Positions 8,071-18,165 of a stretch of DNA of 64,000 bases are shown one piece after another; within the stretch, counting starts at the first letter, position 1, and each line of letters starts with the position of its first letter. A model generated the notes under the pieces. That model saw only the letters and a list, made by a program, of their open reading frames with translations, was not told the origin of the DNA and searched no databases. The stretch is from NCBI GenBank assembly GCA_965223905.1, contig CBDCXV010000010.1:2116941-2180940 (forward strand), in the 5' to 3' direction. The stretch is from Candidatus Latescibacterota bacterium (GTDB taxonomy: Bacteria > Latescibacterota > UBA2968 > UBA8231). The translations under genes were made by a program, and so were the position numbers.

Positions 8071-10890
8071 ATGGCGAGCAGACGGCGCCGCTGGGCGCTG
8101 GCGGCCGCGCTTTTGGGCGTCGTGACGGGTGCGCTCATGCTGGCCACGGTGTACACCAACCTGCTGTGGTTCCAGAGTCTGAACCTGGAGTCCGTCTACT
8201 GGCGCGCGATACGCGCGCGCCTTTTCGCCGGCGCCTTTTTCGGTCTGTTGGCGGCGCTGCTGATCGCACCCAATCTCGCCCTGGCGCGGCGGTTCACGCG
8301 CCAGATGCTGCGCACGGGGGGCTCGCCGTGGGGACCCGAGGGAGGCCCGTTCGACCCGCTGCTGCGTTCCCGCTCCGCGTACCTGGTGGCCGGGGCGATA
8401 CTGGTGTTGCTGATGGCGAGGATCGGCTCGGGCCAGTGGCTGCTGTGGCTGCGCTTCTTTCACGATCAGCCCTTCGGCCTCGCCGATCCGATCTTCGCGC
8501 GGGACATCGGCTTCTACGTCTTCGAGCTCCCCTTTCTGCGCTTCGTTTCCGGCTTCCTGCTCGGGGGCCTCATCCTGTCGCTGGTCGCGGTCTGCGTCGT
8601 CTACCTTTCCGGGGGCGGCATCCGCTTTCAGGAGAAAATCACCGTGCTGCCGCAACCCCGGGCGCATCTGTCGGTCCTGGCAGGCCTGTTCCTGCTCGTC
8701 ATGGCCTGGGTGTACCGGCTCAAGATCCCCGGGCTGTTGTACTCCGACGACTGGGTGGCATTCGGGGCCGGTTACGTCGACGCCAATGTCCAGGTATGGA
8801 TCTACCGCCTGCTCGTGATGGTGTACCTGGCCGCCGGAGGGATGCTCTTTGTCGGTGCGAAGCCGCGGATCGGGCGCCGGCCCCTGCTCGCCGCCGTCGC
8901 CCTGGTGGTTGCCGCCATCCTCCTGGGCATCGTCCCGTCGTCGCTGGTTCAGGCCTTCGTGGTCGAGCCAAACGAGCTGGCGCGGGAAGCTCCCTACATC
9001 CGCCACAACCTGGATGCCACGCGGCGCGCCTACGGCCTCGACCGGATCGAGGAGCAGACCTTCGCCGGGTCGGATGAGCTCACCGCGGCGGACATCCTCG
9101 CCAACCCCCTTACCATTCGCAACGTCCGCATGTGGGATGAGCGGCCGCTGGTTCAGACCTTCCAGCAGGTCCAGGAAATCCGCCCGTACTACCTCTTTTC
9201 CGGGGTGGACGTCGACCGCTACACGGTGGACGGAGTCTACCGCCAGGTCATGCTGTCGGCGCGCGAGATGGCCGCGGACAGGCTGCCTCCCCAGGCGCGC
9301 AGCTGGGTCAACGAGCGGCTGCAGTACACCCATGGCTACGGCATCGCCATGAGCCCGGTGAACCACGTCACGCCCGACGGCCTGCCCGAGCTGCTGGTTC
9401 GCGACATCCCGCCGGTGTCCGCGGCCGGCCTGGAGATCGACCGCCCGGAGATCTACTACGGCGAGCTTACCCGGTCGTACGTGGTGATAAACACCGGCAC
9501 CCGCGAGTTCGACTACCCCAAGGGTGCCGAGAACGTGTTCTCGACCTACGCCGGCAAGGGCGGCGTGCCCATCGGCGGACTGTTCGGCCGCGCCGCCTTT
9601 GCGCTGCGGTTCACGGACCTCAACATGCTGCTCAGCAACTACGTCACCGACGAGAGCCGGGTGATGTTCCGCCGCCAGATCGCCGCCCGGGTGCGCGCCG
9701 TCGCCCCCTTCCTCCAGTACGACACGGACCCGTACATGGTCATCTCCGAAGGACGGCTCTACTGGATGTTGGACGCCTACACGACCACGGACATGTACCC
9801 CTACTCTTCGCGCGGCGGGCGGTCGCCCATCAACTACATACGCAATTCCGTGAAAGTGGCGGTCGATGCCTACAACGGCTCGGTCGACTTCTACAGAGTG
9901 GACCGGGAGGATCCGCTCATGGCGGCCTACGCCGAGATCTTCCCGGGGCTGTTCCAGCCGCTGGAGGCGATGCCGCCCGATCTGCGCCGGCACCTGCGCT
10001 ACCCGCGCGACATGTTCAAGTACCAGGCGATGATCTACCGCAGCTATCACATGCAGGACGTGCGGGTTTTCTACAACCAGGAAGATCTGTGGGCCATCCC
10101 CAACGAGATCTACCGCGACCGCCCGCAGCTGATGGAGCCGTACTACATCATCGTCAAGCTTCCCGGCGAGGAGCGCGAGGAATTCATGCTCATGGTGCCC
10201 TTCACGCCGGCGCGGAAGGACAACATGATCGGCTGGCTGGCGGCGCGCTGCGACGCGGACAACTACGGCGACCTGCTCGTCTACCGGCTCCCCAAGGATC
10301 GCTTGATCTTCGGACCGATGCAGCTCGAGGCGCGCATCGACCAGCAGCCGGAGATCTCGAGCCAGCTCACCCTCTGGGGACAGAAGGGATCCGAGGTGAT
10401 CCGCGGCAACATGCTGGCAATTCCGATCGAGCAGTCGTTTTTGTACGTCGAGCCGGTATACCTGCAGGCCACCCAGCAGCCGCAGATTTCCCGCATGCCG
10501 GAACCGGGGATCGTCGGGATGGGACGGCCGGAAGCACCGGCGCGTCAGAGGTATCGCAGCACCGCAATCCCGGAGCTGAAGCAGGTGATCGTGGCCTTCG
10601 GCAGCCAGGTGGTGATGCGCGGCTCTTTCGAGGAGGCGCTGGCCGAGATCGTCGGCATGGTTGCAGGAGCGGCGGACGCCGATGCGGAAGCCGAGTCCTC
10701 GCCGGAGGTCGGCGTCTCGCACACGGCATCGCTGCAAACCGCGGCGCAAATGGTCTCGGAGGCGGAAGCCCACTTTCGCGGCGCCCGGACGGCGCTGCAG
10801 GAATGGGACTGGACCCAGGCCGGAGAGGAACTAGAGGCACTGGAAACCAAGCTGAACGAGCTGCGCCGCGAGCTGGGACACCAGCCCTAG
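8071..10890 (+). CDS. UPF0182 family membrane protein
   Basis: 939 aa; DPIFARDIGFYVFELP, NVRMWD, YTHGYG, PEIYYGE, NYIRNSVK, HLRYP, LYVEPVYL motifs. Confidence 0.92.
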   Translation: MASRRRRWALAAALLGVVTGALMLATVYTNLLWFQSLNLESVYWRAIRARLFAGAFFGLLAALLIAPNLALARRFTRQMLRTGGSPWGPEGGPFDPLLRSRSAYLVAGAILVLLMARIGSGQWLLWLRFFHDQPFGLADPIFARDIGFYVFELPFLRFVSGFLLGGLILSLVAVCVVYLSGGGIRFQEKITVLPQPRAHLSVLAGLFLLVMAWVYRLKIPGLLYSDDWVAFGAGYVDANVQVWIYRLLVMVYLAAGGMLFVGAKPRIGRRPLLAAVALVVAAILLGIVPSSLVQAFVVEPNELAREAPYIRHNLDATRRAYGLDRIEEQTFAGSDELTAADILANPLTIRNVRMWDERPLVQTFQQVQEIRPYYLFSGVDVDRYTVDGVYRQVMLSAREMAADRLPPQARSWVNERLQYTHGYGIAMSPVNHVTPDGLPELLVRDIPPVSAAGLEIDRPEIYYGELTRSYVVINTGTREFDYPKGAENVFSTYAGKGGVPIGGLFGRAAFALRFTDLNMLLSNYVTDESRVMFRRQIAARVRAVAPFLQYDTDPYMVISEGRLYWMLDAYTTTDMYPYSSRGGRSPINYIRNSVKVAVDAYNGSVDFYRVDREDPLMAAYAEIFPGLFQPLEAMPPDLRRHLRYPRDMFKYQAMIYRSYHMQDVRVFYNQEDLWAIPNEIYRDRPQLMEPYYIIVKLPGEEREEFMLMVPFTPARKDNMIGWLAARCDADNYGDLLVYRLPKDRLIFGPMQLEARIDQQPEISSQLTLWGQKGSEVIRGNMLAIPIEQSFLYVEPVYLQATQQPQISRMPEPGIVGMGRPEAPARQRYRSTAIPELKQVIVAFGSQVVMRGSFEEALAEIVGMVAGAADADAEAESSPEVGVSHTASLQTAAQMVSEAEAHFRGARTALQEWDWTQAGEELEALETKLNELRRELGHQP

Positions 10891-11145
10891 TTGCCGGGCA
10901 TCCCGTATGGGGCGGTGGCCGGCACTTGCAACCGGTGGCTGTGTTGCGCTTACTCGCCCTCGTCCATCCCTGTCAGTCCGTTGAACAAGCTCATCTCCAT
11001 GCGGCGGCCGCTGGAGAAATCTTCTTTTTCCACGGGCTGCCATGGCCGCATCGCGCGCCTTGCAGGGGACGCCAGGGCGCCCTCGATTCTGCAGGTTGTT
11101 CAAGGACGGAACGTTAACGGCAAACCCGAAAGGATACGGGAAACC

Positions 11146-11938
11146 ATGCTCAAGATTGGCTGCAACCACCTGAGTCTCAGGGACACGAGCATCGAGGCAT
11201 TCATCGAGACCGCTCGCGATCTGAGACTGGACTGCGTCGACTTCCATCAGCGCTCTTTCGTTTCGACCGACCCGGACTACCTCCGCGGCATCAAGCTGCT
11301 CTGCCTCAGGTACGGACTGCCGATAGGGTACATCGGTGTCAGCGGCCTCCCATTGGGGACGGATGAGGAACGGCGGGGGTTCGCCGACCAGTGCCGGAGC
11401 GCGACCGACCTGGCTGCCTTCATCGGATCGCCGATCATCCGCGTGTTCTGCAAGGACCGAGCCGGAAAAGGGGGCCGATGGCGAAGATCCCTGGCCGGCG
11501 ATGATCGGCGGCTACCAGGAGATCGCCGACTACGCATCTGCCAAGGGAATAGCGGTGGGGCTGCAGAACCATCCATCGACGAGCGAGGTCATGCTGCGCA
11601 TCCGGCGCGAGACCGACCGCGAGAACTTCACCTTCATAATGGACACCGGCCAATGGATCGGATCGCCCGGCTCGTACCCGCGCGGGGAAGCTCCGGACGT
11701 CGACTTCTATCGATTCATGGAGGAGATCGCCCCGCATGCCATGTACGTCCGCACGAAGTTCTACAGGATCGAAAGCGGGCGGGACGAGTGGCTCGACTAC
11801 GAGCGCATCGTACCGATACTGAAAAAGGTCGAATACAACGGCTGCATATCCATCGTCTACGAAGGGGAAGCGGAAGACCGGGTCGAGCAGGTGCGCAAGG
11901 CCGCGGTCTGTCTGCGCGAACTCCTTGCCGGTTACTGA
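11146..11938 (+). pseudogene. Sugar phosphate isomerase/epimerase (AP_endonuc_2 TIM barrel), frameshifted near 11455
   Basis: MLKIGCNHLS...IIRVFC in one frame continues as EPEKG...GLQNH...MDTGQW...SIVYEG in another. Either a real pseudogene or a sequencing error. Confidence 0.75.
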
Positions 11939-12004
11939 GCGGACACCCGTGAGTAACGGCCGCAGTTTCCGTCTGAGGCTTTTGTCCGGAAAGGAGCACA
12001 GATC

Positions 12005-13578
12005 GTGAGGGTCAGGCCATGGGAGGTTCCCGTCCGCGAGCGCCAGCTCTTTCTCGATCTCCAGGGCGTGTCCAGCCACGAGAACCTCAACCACACGCTC
12101 CACCAGCCGCAGAAGAAGGGCCCCGTCATCGAACCCGAAGGGGCGGGCAGCGTGCAGACTCGATGCGCCCCGTCATGGGTCCCGGAAGACCGGTGCTGGA
12201 AAATCTGGCTCTCCGAAAAGGACGGGATCTCCCTCGCCGAAAGTCAGGATGGCCTCAACTGGGTCAGGCCCGTCCTGCGGTGCCGCGAGTACCGGGGGTC
12301 GCTGGAAAACAACCTCGTCTCCCCTCTGTGTGGAGAACAGGTCGTCTACGACCCGCACGACCCCGATCCCTCCCGCCGCTACAAGAGCATGAAGCTGCGC
12401 GGTGTCAGTGAACGCATGGTGAGTCCCACCGGCGCCCACTGGCGCTTGACGGAGAATCCCTGGCGACTCGCCTACCCCGCCGGCATGTACTGAACGAGCC
12501 CTCGCAATACCAGTTGAGCTGGGTGATTCAGGTCGAGGAGCATCCCGATGCCGAAGCGGAAGAGCGCTTTTCCGGCAGAGGGAGATTTCAGACCCACGAC
12601 CTGACGGTCAGTGCGGATGGCATTCACTGGCGCAAGCTGAACTGCCGCAGCCTGCCTTCCGGCGACGAGGCAAACCTCAGTTACGACGAGACCGCGAGAA
12701 CCTTCCTCGCTACGCTGAAGGAAGGGGAGATGGGCCCGTACGGACGCTCGGTGGCCCTGGCCACCAGCCCCGACTTCGAACATTGGAACGGCCCGAGGCT
12801 CATCTTCCACGCGGACCAGGAGGATCAGCAACTCGCCCGGCAGGTGATAGGGGAACGTCTAGCCAACCCGAGGCTGCAGCAGCCGCAGCACAACGTGCCG
12901 GGCGAATACATGGTGGACGTCTACAATATGGGGGTCAGTCGATACGAGGGACTCTATATCGGCATGGCCGCTTTCTTTTACCACACGGCAAACGTCAATG
13001 AGAACTCGGACGGTTTCCATCACGTCCAGCTCGTCTGCAGCCGGGATTTGCTCAGCTGGACGCGGCTGGGCGATCGCAGTCCATTCATCGGTCCCTCGGA
13101 AGTGGGCTCGGGTGCCTACGACCTGACCCAGATCATGCCGCCCTCGAGACCTGTCCTCATCGATGGCGAGCTCTGGTTCTACTACATGGGAGCCAAGTAC
13201 CGCAGCGCCCCGCCCGATGCAGATGATAGGAGTGGCGCCATCCATCTGGCGACGATGCGGCGAGACGGATTCATGTCCCTGGATGCCGGTGCCCGAGAGG
13301 GCGTCGTGACCACCGACCGCTTCGCTCTCGACAGTCCCTGGATCTGGGTAAATGTCGATGCCGGCAACGGCTCACTCATGGTCGAGGTGGTGGACGGCGG
13401 CTCGGTGGTGGCGCGGTCGAAGGAGGTGAGAGGAGACCAGCTGCGTTTTCCCCTGCAATGGGAATCCGGCGACCTGCAGACTCATGTGCATCGCTTCATA
13501 CAGCTGCGGTTCAGGCTGCACAACGCCGCACTCTATTCGTATTGGCTCGACTCGGTAGCAGAAGATCCTCCGCGGTGA
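12005..13578 (+). pseudogene. GH-like five-bladed beta-propeller protein, frameshifted near 12487
   Basis: N-half (QLFLD, ESQDGLNW, DPDPSRRYK) and C-half (SADGIHW, RRDGFMSL, LRFRL..LYSY) lie in different frames; one added base would join them. Confidence 0.7.
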
Positions 13579-13620
13579 CGCCGCGCCGGAAGAAGAGTAC
13601 AGGAGGTCTCGGGTGAGAGT

Positions 13621-13899
13621 TTGTGCAGCAGGAGGTACCGGAGCTGCACGGACCTGGAGCTGCTCGAGGTTCCGGCGGTCCGGATCTGCAGCAACATCTT
13701 CGCGCACAACTGCTGCTGCAGCGCCGAGAGTCTTTTCAGGGATGTGCCCGAGTTCCAGCCGCGGATATCGCTCGAGGTTGGTATGCGGCGTGTGTTCGAC
13801 TCCATGCGGGAGGAGAATCGGATTCCGCCGCCGGAGCCTGGAGGCTGGGAGGACAGGATCATGGAGCGAGTGAAGAAAATGCGGAGTCAGGGGAACTGA
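13621..13899 (+). pseudogene. Gene fragment resembling the C-terminus of an NAD-dependent epimerase/dehydratase
   Basis: IFAHN..SAESLFRDVPEFQPRISLEVGMRRVF; no N-terminal Rossmann motif and no convincing start. Confidence 0.35.
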
Positions 13900-13906
13900 T
13901 CGGAGT

Positions 13907-15361
13907 ATGCGGATGACCGGATCGAACGATTCAGAGCCTCTGGAGCTGGGATCTCGCAAGCAGTTGCTGTTCGATCCCCTGTTCCTGGCGGATTCAGAAG
14001 GGGTCGCCCTTTCCGTGGAGACGCCCTTTCAGGACCCCACACCGGTCCTCACCGCGGACAGGCCCTGGGAAGACAGGGGCATCGGCTCCTTCAACACCGT
14101 GATGCTGGAAAACGGCGCCTTCCGCATGTGGTACGACGCTATGGCTGTCGGGGGGGACGGAAAAAACCACCGCGCCCTGTGTCACGCCGAATCGGAGGAT
14201 GGGGTCCACTGGGACAAGCGGGAGACCGGCCTGATCGAGTTCCGCGGATCCAGGAGGAACAACATCGTCGCCCCTTCGCGCATGGCAGGGGCCGCCGTCT
14301 TCCGCGACGACCGGGCCCCGGCTGCGGAACGCTACAAGCTGTGGACCAAGTACTACGCGAGTGAAGATGACGGGCAGCAGGGCATCCGCACCGGCCTGTG
14401 GGGCATGGTCTCCCCGGACGGACTCCGGTGGAAACGCGCCGACGAAGGCTATCCGCTGTGGAGGGGGAACGCCGCCGACACCCAGAGCTTCTGTTTCCGC
14501 GACGAAGACCTGGGGAAGTACGTCGGCTTCGTGCGCATCAAGAAACGTCCGGAGGGCAGACAGCGGACCTGCTCGGCGGGGATCATGTTCTCGGACGATT
14601 TCCACACCTGGACGATGGCCAGGGAGATATTCATGGCCGACGGGTGCGATGAGGACAGCCCGGTGCCCGGCGGCACCCCGGGCTGGCGCCCGACCGTTGA
14701 CTTCTACACTCCCGGCGGCATGAAGGTGCCCGGAGTCCCCAACGCCTACATCCTCCTGCCCACCGCCTACCACCACTGGCAGGAGGACGCCTTCCCCTCG
14801 ACGATCGACGTGCGGCTCGCCACCAGCCGGGACGGGATCACCTGGTGGCAGCATCCCGACCGCGAACCCTTCCTCCGCCTCGGACCCGACGGATCCGCTT
14901 CCGCCGGCATGATCTTCGCCAACCCCTGGCCCATACCGGTCGGGGACGAACTGTGGATCTACTATGGGGGGGTCGGCCGCGATCACAGGGAAGAGACCCG
15001 CGACCCGTCGCTGTCAGGTGTCTTCCGGGCCCGGATACGGAGGGATGGGTTCGTGTCGGTCCACGGCGGCTACGGCGGCGGGGAGTTCACCACCCCTGCC
15101 GTGACCTTTTCCGGGGCGCGCCTGGAAGTCAACATGGACGGCAGCGCGGGCGGCTGGCTGCAGGTCGAGCTGCAGTCCGTCGACGGACGCGCACTCCCGT
15201 CTCACCGCCTCGACCGCTGCGACACGATCCGCGGCAACTCGGTGAGGAAGGCGGTTACCTGGAATGGTTCGTCCGATCTCTCCGGGTTGAGGAACAGACC
15301 GGTACGGCTGCGCTTCGTCATGCGCTCGATGAAGCTGTTTGCATTTCAGTTTCCGGAATGA
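13907..15361 (+). CDS. GH-like five-bladed beta-propeller protein (GH32/43/130-like fold), no signal peptide
   Basis: QLLFD, DRPWE, ESEDGVHW, SPDGLRW, SRDGITW, RRDGFVS, LRFVMRSMKLFAFQF. Confidence 0.75.
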   Translation: MRMTGSNDSEPLELGSRKQLLFDPLFLADSEGVALSVETPFQDPTPVLTADRPWEDRGIGSFNTVMLENGAFRMWYDAMAVGGDGKNHRALCHAESEDGVHWDKRETGLIEFRGSRRNNIVAPSRMAGAAVFRDDRAPAAERYKLWTKYYASEDDGQQGIRTGLWGMVSPDGLRWKRADEGYPLWRGNAADTQSFCFRDEDLGKYVGFVRIKKRPEGRQRTCSAGIMFSDDFHTWTMAREIFMADGCDEDSPVPGGTPGWRPTVDFYTPGGMKVPGVPNAYILLPTAYHHWQEDAFPSTIDVRLATSRDGITWWQHPDREPFLRLGPDGSASAGMIFANPWPIPVGDELWIYYGGVGRDHREETRDPSLSGVFRARIRRDGFVSVHGGYGGGEFTTPAVTFSGARLEVNMDGSAGGWLQVELQSVDGRALPSHRLDRCDTIRGNSVRKAVTWNGSSDLSGLRNRPVRLRFVMRSMKLFAFQFPE

Positions 15362-15541
15362 TCCGGGCTAAGACGGGCTCCGATGAGGTCTGACCGGGAA
15401 CCACAGCGACCGGGAGGACGGGTTCACCCCGGGGCTGGAAACAGATGTCTCGTCAGCGCGAACGTCACAACCTCATTACGGATTCGTTTCGCTTCACTCC
15501 CCGAACGACGCCTTTATTCGGGCCCAGGAATCGGCGTGCAC
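14879..15541 (+). repeat. Direct repeat copy 1 (~660 bp; partner 20386-21043)
   Basis: Offset 5507 bp in the coding part. About 8 substitutions by eye over 483 coding bp; clearly more diverged after the stop codon. Confidence 0.95.
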
Positions 15542-16381
15542 GACACTGTCATCCTCATCCCCGCCCCCGGCTCCCACCAAGATGCCGTCGGCAAAAAAAT
15601 CGGGGACTTCCTGATAATCACTGAATGCCATGTGATCAATCCGCGGTAAATAGTGCAAGTTAAAGTCGTCACCGCCATCCGAATCGAGCAATGTACAGAC
15701 AAATCCGATAGTCTCCCCCAAGACCAAGTCCGCGATAATGCTCTCATCTGGATTTGAATAGAAGGCGTTGAACGGTGTGATGTAAAACTCAATATGCCAC
15801 ACAAAAGGGTTTTCCCCAACAGTCACCGCACTACCTTCACCGTATGGAAATGAAGTTGGCCAGTCTACCGGAGTGGTTTCAGCCGACGTGTAGAAACCCC
15901 GTTCTGAAACATCTGGGACCGAAATGTACCACTGGGTGACGAGATATGGGTTTGGAGTTCCCAACTTTCCCCCACTGTGATCCGCATCCACAGCAAACAA
16001 GAATTTGTCAAGGCCGCCTCCTCTGTTAAGGTCGCTTCCCCCGCTTCGGTTTAACGTTATGTCGTCTACGACTATCAAGGCGACGTAGATTCGGCTTGGG
16101 GACGGCAGCCACCCCATCCACAGCCGAAAATCGAGGTCAGATGGCTCCCACTTCAATTGCAAAGGTGGCCGAAAGATAGAAAAATCGAGAGCAGTGGCTG
16201 TCGGCTCGAACAGCTCCTGCCACTCATGGGCAAAACCATCATTCACGTCGATCTCCTTGAGCACATCCTCCGTTATTTCGTAAATCGGGAAAACTCGGTC
16301 TCCCTCATGTCCATTTGCCGCTTTGTTTTCCACCAACAGGCAGAGCCCCGCGGCAAAAACGGCAAACCCTTTCGTGCTCAT
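15494..16381 (-). CDS. Secreted CBM9/DOMON-like protein with C-terminal WARIK tail
   Basis: Signal peptide, H.GDRV.P, LWMGW..RIYVA..DD, VDADHSGG, IEFYITPF, IGF...D.D, tail SVVHADSWARIKASFGE. Confidence 0.7.
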   Translation of the reverse strand: MSTKGFAVFAAGLCLLVENKAANGHEGDRVFPIYEITEDVLKEIDVNDGFAHEWQELFEPTATALDFSIFRPPLQLKWEPSDLDFRLWMGWLPSPSRIYVALIVVDDITLNRSGGSDLNRGGGLDKFLFAVDADHSGGKLGTPNPYLVTQWYISVPDVSERGFYTSAETTPVDWPTSFPYGEGSAVTVGENPFVWHIEFYITPFNAFYSNPDESIIADLVLGETIGFVCTLLDSDGGDDFNLHYLPRIDHMAFSDYQEVPDFFADGILVGAGGGDEDDSVVHADSWARIKASFGE

Positions 16382-16497
16382 TTCAGCACCTCCCCAGGTA
16401 TTTCACGGTGGCCTCTTCCCTGGATCGCAACATCGCCAAGGGGTCGAGTGCTACGGTGTACTGCCGTTCTTGCGGATGGAGCTCAAGACTATGTTTC

Positions 16498-17490
16498 TTA
16501 CGGGCCGCTCACTAGGCGCGCTACCCATTGCGAGAACGTGTCCAAGACAGTCACGCGCCTGTTGGAGACAAAGCAGATACTCCTTCCGTCAGGCGACCAA
16601 GCCGGTTCCCTGTCGGTGGCCAGACCCTGCGTGATCCTTGACACGGCCGATCCATCAGCGGCCATACGGTAGATATTAAAACTGCCGCTTCGATCCGATG
16701 CGAAGGCAATCTCCATGCCGTCAGGAGCCCACGACGGCGCGACATCGTGGGCAGGATGATCACTGACATTCACCACTTCACCGCCGTCGGCGTTGACGAT
16801 GCAGATTTCGCTATTGCCGTAGCGACCAGTCTCGAAGGCTATCCGGGTTCCGTCCGGAGACCACGACGGGCGCATGTCGTAGCTTTCATGTTGGCTCAGG
16901 TTGCGGGCTTGCAATCCGTTGGCATCAGCTATGTAAACCTCGAGATTGCCATCGCGTGACGTCGCGAACGCAATTCGACTGCCATCCGGGGACCACACCG
17001 GCATGAGTCCATCACGCACAATGCGCCCTATCGTCTCTTGGGAAGCCCCGGATTCCATGGCGTAGATGTCGTAGCTACGCTTTGTGCCATCTGGCTCGAT
17101 GGTCAATGCGCTGAACACAACCTCAGCACCGTCTGGCGACCACGATGCTCCCCGCGGGTGCGTTACATGTGAGGGTAGCTGCAACGTCAGGTTTGTTAAA
17201 TCGTCAAGAGAGACAACACGGAACTCACTGGTCTTCCCGTCATACGCTCCGTACAGAATACGGCCACCATCCGGCGCCCAGGTCGGACTGGAGGCGTTAC
17301 CTGTTAGCTCACCCGAAACCCTCTCCAGGCTGGAGCCGTCCTTCTCCGCGCAGAAAACCCCCTCCGTTTGGTGCCCGCTTTGGTGCCCGCTGGCGGACCC
17401 CTGCCAAAGCACGGCTACTATCGCAAGTCCAATGGCTGAGACACGCGCATTTCTTCTTAGACAACCAAAGCTGTTTTTGTGAGTCTCCAT
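16498..17490 (-). CDS. TolB-like PD40/WD40 beta-propeller, secreted
   Basis: Signal peptide, then six P.W[SA]PDG repeats with IAF.S.R.G..EIY motifs; start METHK at 17490. Confidence 0.88.
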   Translation of the reverse strand: METHKNSFGCLRRNARVSAIGLAIVAVLWQGSASGHQSGHQTEGVFCAEKDGSSLERVSGELTGNASSPTWAPDGGRILYGAYDGKTSEFRVVSLDDLTNLTLQLPSHVTHPRGASWSPDGAEVVFSALTIEPDGTKRSYDIYAMESGASQETIGRIVRDGLMPVWSPDGSRIAFATSRDGNLEVYIADANGLQARNLSQHESYDMRPSWSPDGTRIAFETGRYGNSEICIVNADGGEVVNVSDHPAHDVAPSWAPDGMEIAFASDRSGSFNIYRMAADGSAVSRITQGLATDREPAWSPDGRSICFVSNRRVTVLDTFSQWVARLVSGP

Positions 17491-17508
17491 CGGTTGTCGT
17501 CCGGGCAA

Positions 17509-17558
17509 GACAACGGACAGGTGGCCCTCTACGCAGGTCGGGTCACCTGTCCGTTGTC
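17509..17558. other. Strong stem-loop
   Basis: gacaacggacaggtggccc (17509-17527) pairs with gggtcacctgtccgttgtc (17540-17558), 18/19 complementary, 12-nt loop. Confidence 0.75.
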
Positions 17559-17611
17559 GCTATTGTTTTTCGTCATCGCAGATGCAAACGGATTCCTTGA
17601 GCAAAGCAAAT

Positions 17612-17662
17612 AAACCAAGACGAGTGGAACTCACTGCATAGTCGCTCCACTCGCCCCGGTTT
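17612..17662 (-). terminator. Stem-loop just downstream of the peptide gene (terminator or mRNA stabiliser)
   Basis: cgagtgga(17621-28)/tccactcg(17646-53) plus aaacc/ggttt outer arms; followed on the minus strand by T-rich atttgctttg. Confidence 0.5.
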
Positions 17663-17678
17663 CTCGCTTCAATTTGAA

Positions 17679-17999
17679 TCAGTTATTATAGCACCTACAG
17701 GGACCACCGAGAGACCAGCATTCACCCACGTTGTGCCCGTTAACTAGGCACCACGTATACTTGCATCCCGCGTTTGTTACACAGGGGCCGCCATGGCGAT
17801 GGGGGCCATCAGGAGGGGTATTCGCCACAGATGCCGTGGGCCCACCAAGCATCACCGCGGCGGCAATCATGATGCTTGCCGTCCACGACAACGCCAAGCT
17901 ATTCTGCTGCTTCACGAATCCCGTTTCATCCGAAACGAAACTCCTGAGCACTCCAATAATCCGTCCCATCGGTTTCTCCTTTCGAATGATCCGTCCCAT
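17679..17999 (-). CDS. Small precursor: Flp-pilin-like leader, hydrophobic segment and six-Cys defensin-like core
   Basis: AAGGAG RBS before ATGs at 17999 and 17969. MGRII..LRSFVSDETG|FVKQQ, hydrophobic stretch, then CVTNAGCKYTWCLVNGHNVGECWSLGGPCRCYNN (106 or 96 aa). Confidence 0.8.
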   Translation of the reverse strand: MGRIIRKEKPMGRIIGVLRSFVSDETGFVKQQNSLALSWTASIMIAAAVMLGGPTASVANTPPDGPHRHGGPCVTNAGCKYTWCLVNGHNVGECWSLGGPCRCYNN

Positions 18000-18015
18000 C
18001 GGTTTCTCCTTTCGA
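17959..18015. repeat. Tandem duplication (27-bp identical unit, 30-bp period) covering RBS and start codon
   Basis: atccgtcccatcggtttctcctttcga at 17959-17985 and 17989-18015. Confidence 0.95.
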
Positions 18016-18165
18016 TGGTGGATAGGATAGAAACGAACTGCTCCACTGTAACCCAAGCTGGCCGAAAGGTCAAGTCCCACAAGTCCCAATTTTAATTGAA
18101 ACAGAGCACGGGCTCGGGTGAGTGGGTCAGCCTCTGAAATTGCTCTGGATCCATCATTCGATCTC

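Noticed and set aside
7609-10773. 1054-aa minus-strand ORF (and similar long antisense ORFs at 5845-7596, 33623-35302, 35352-37256, 51849-53747)
   Set aside because: Antisense shadows of well-supported plus-strand genes in high-GC DNA; no motifs.
17679-17999. Ordinary Flp pilin
   Set aside because: Lacks the Flp E+5/Y motif, carries a six-Cys C-terminal domain, and no tad genes are nearby; only the leader is Flp-like.
17959-18015. Possible mini CRISPR array
   Set aside because: Only two units with a 3-bp gap, coding in frame, and no cas genes.
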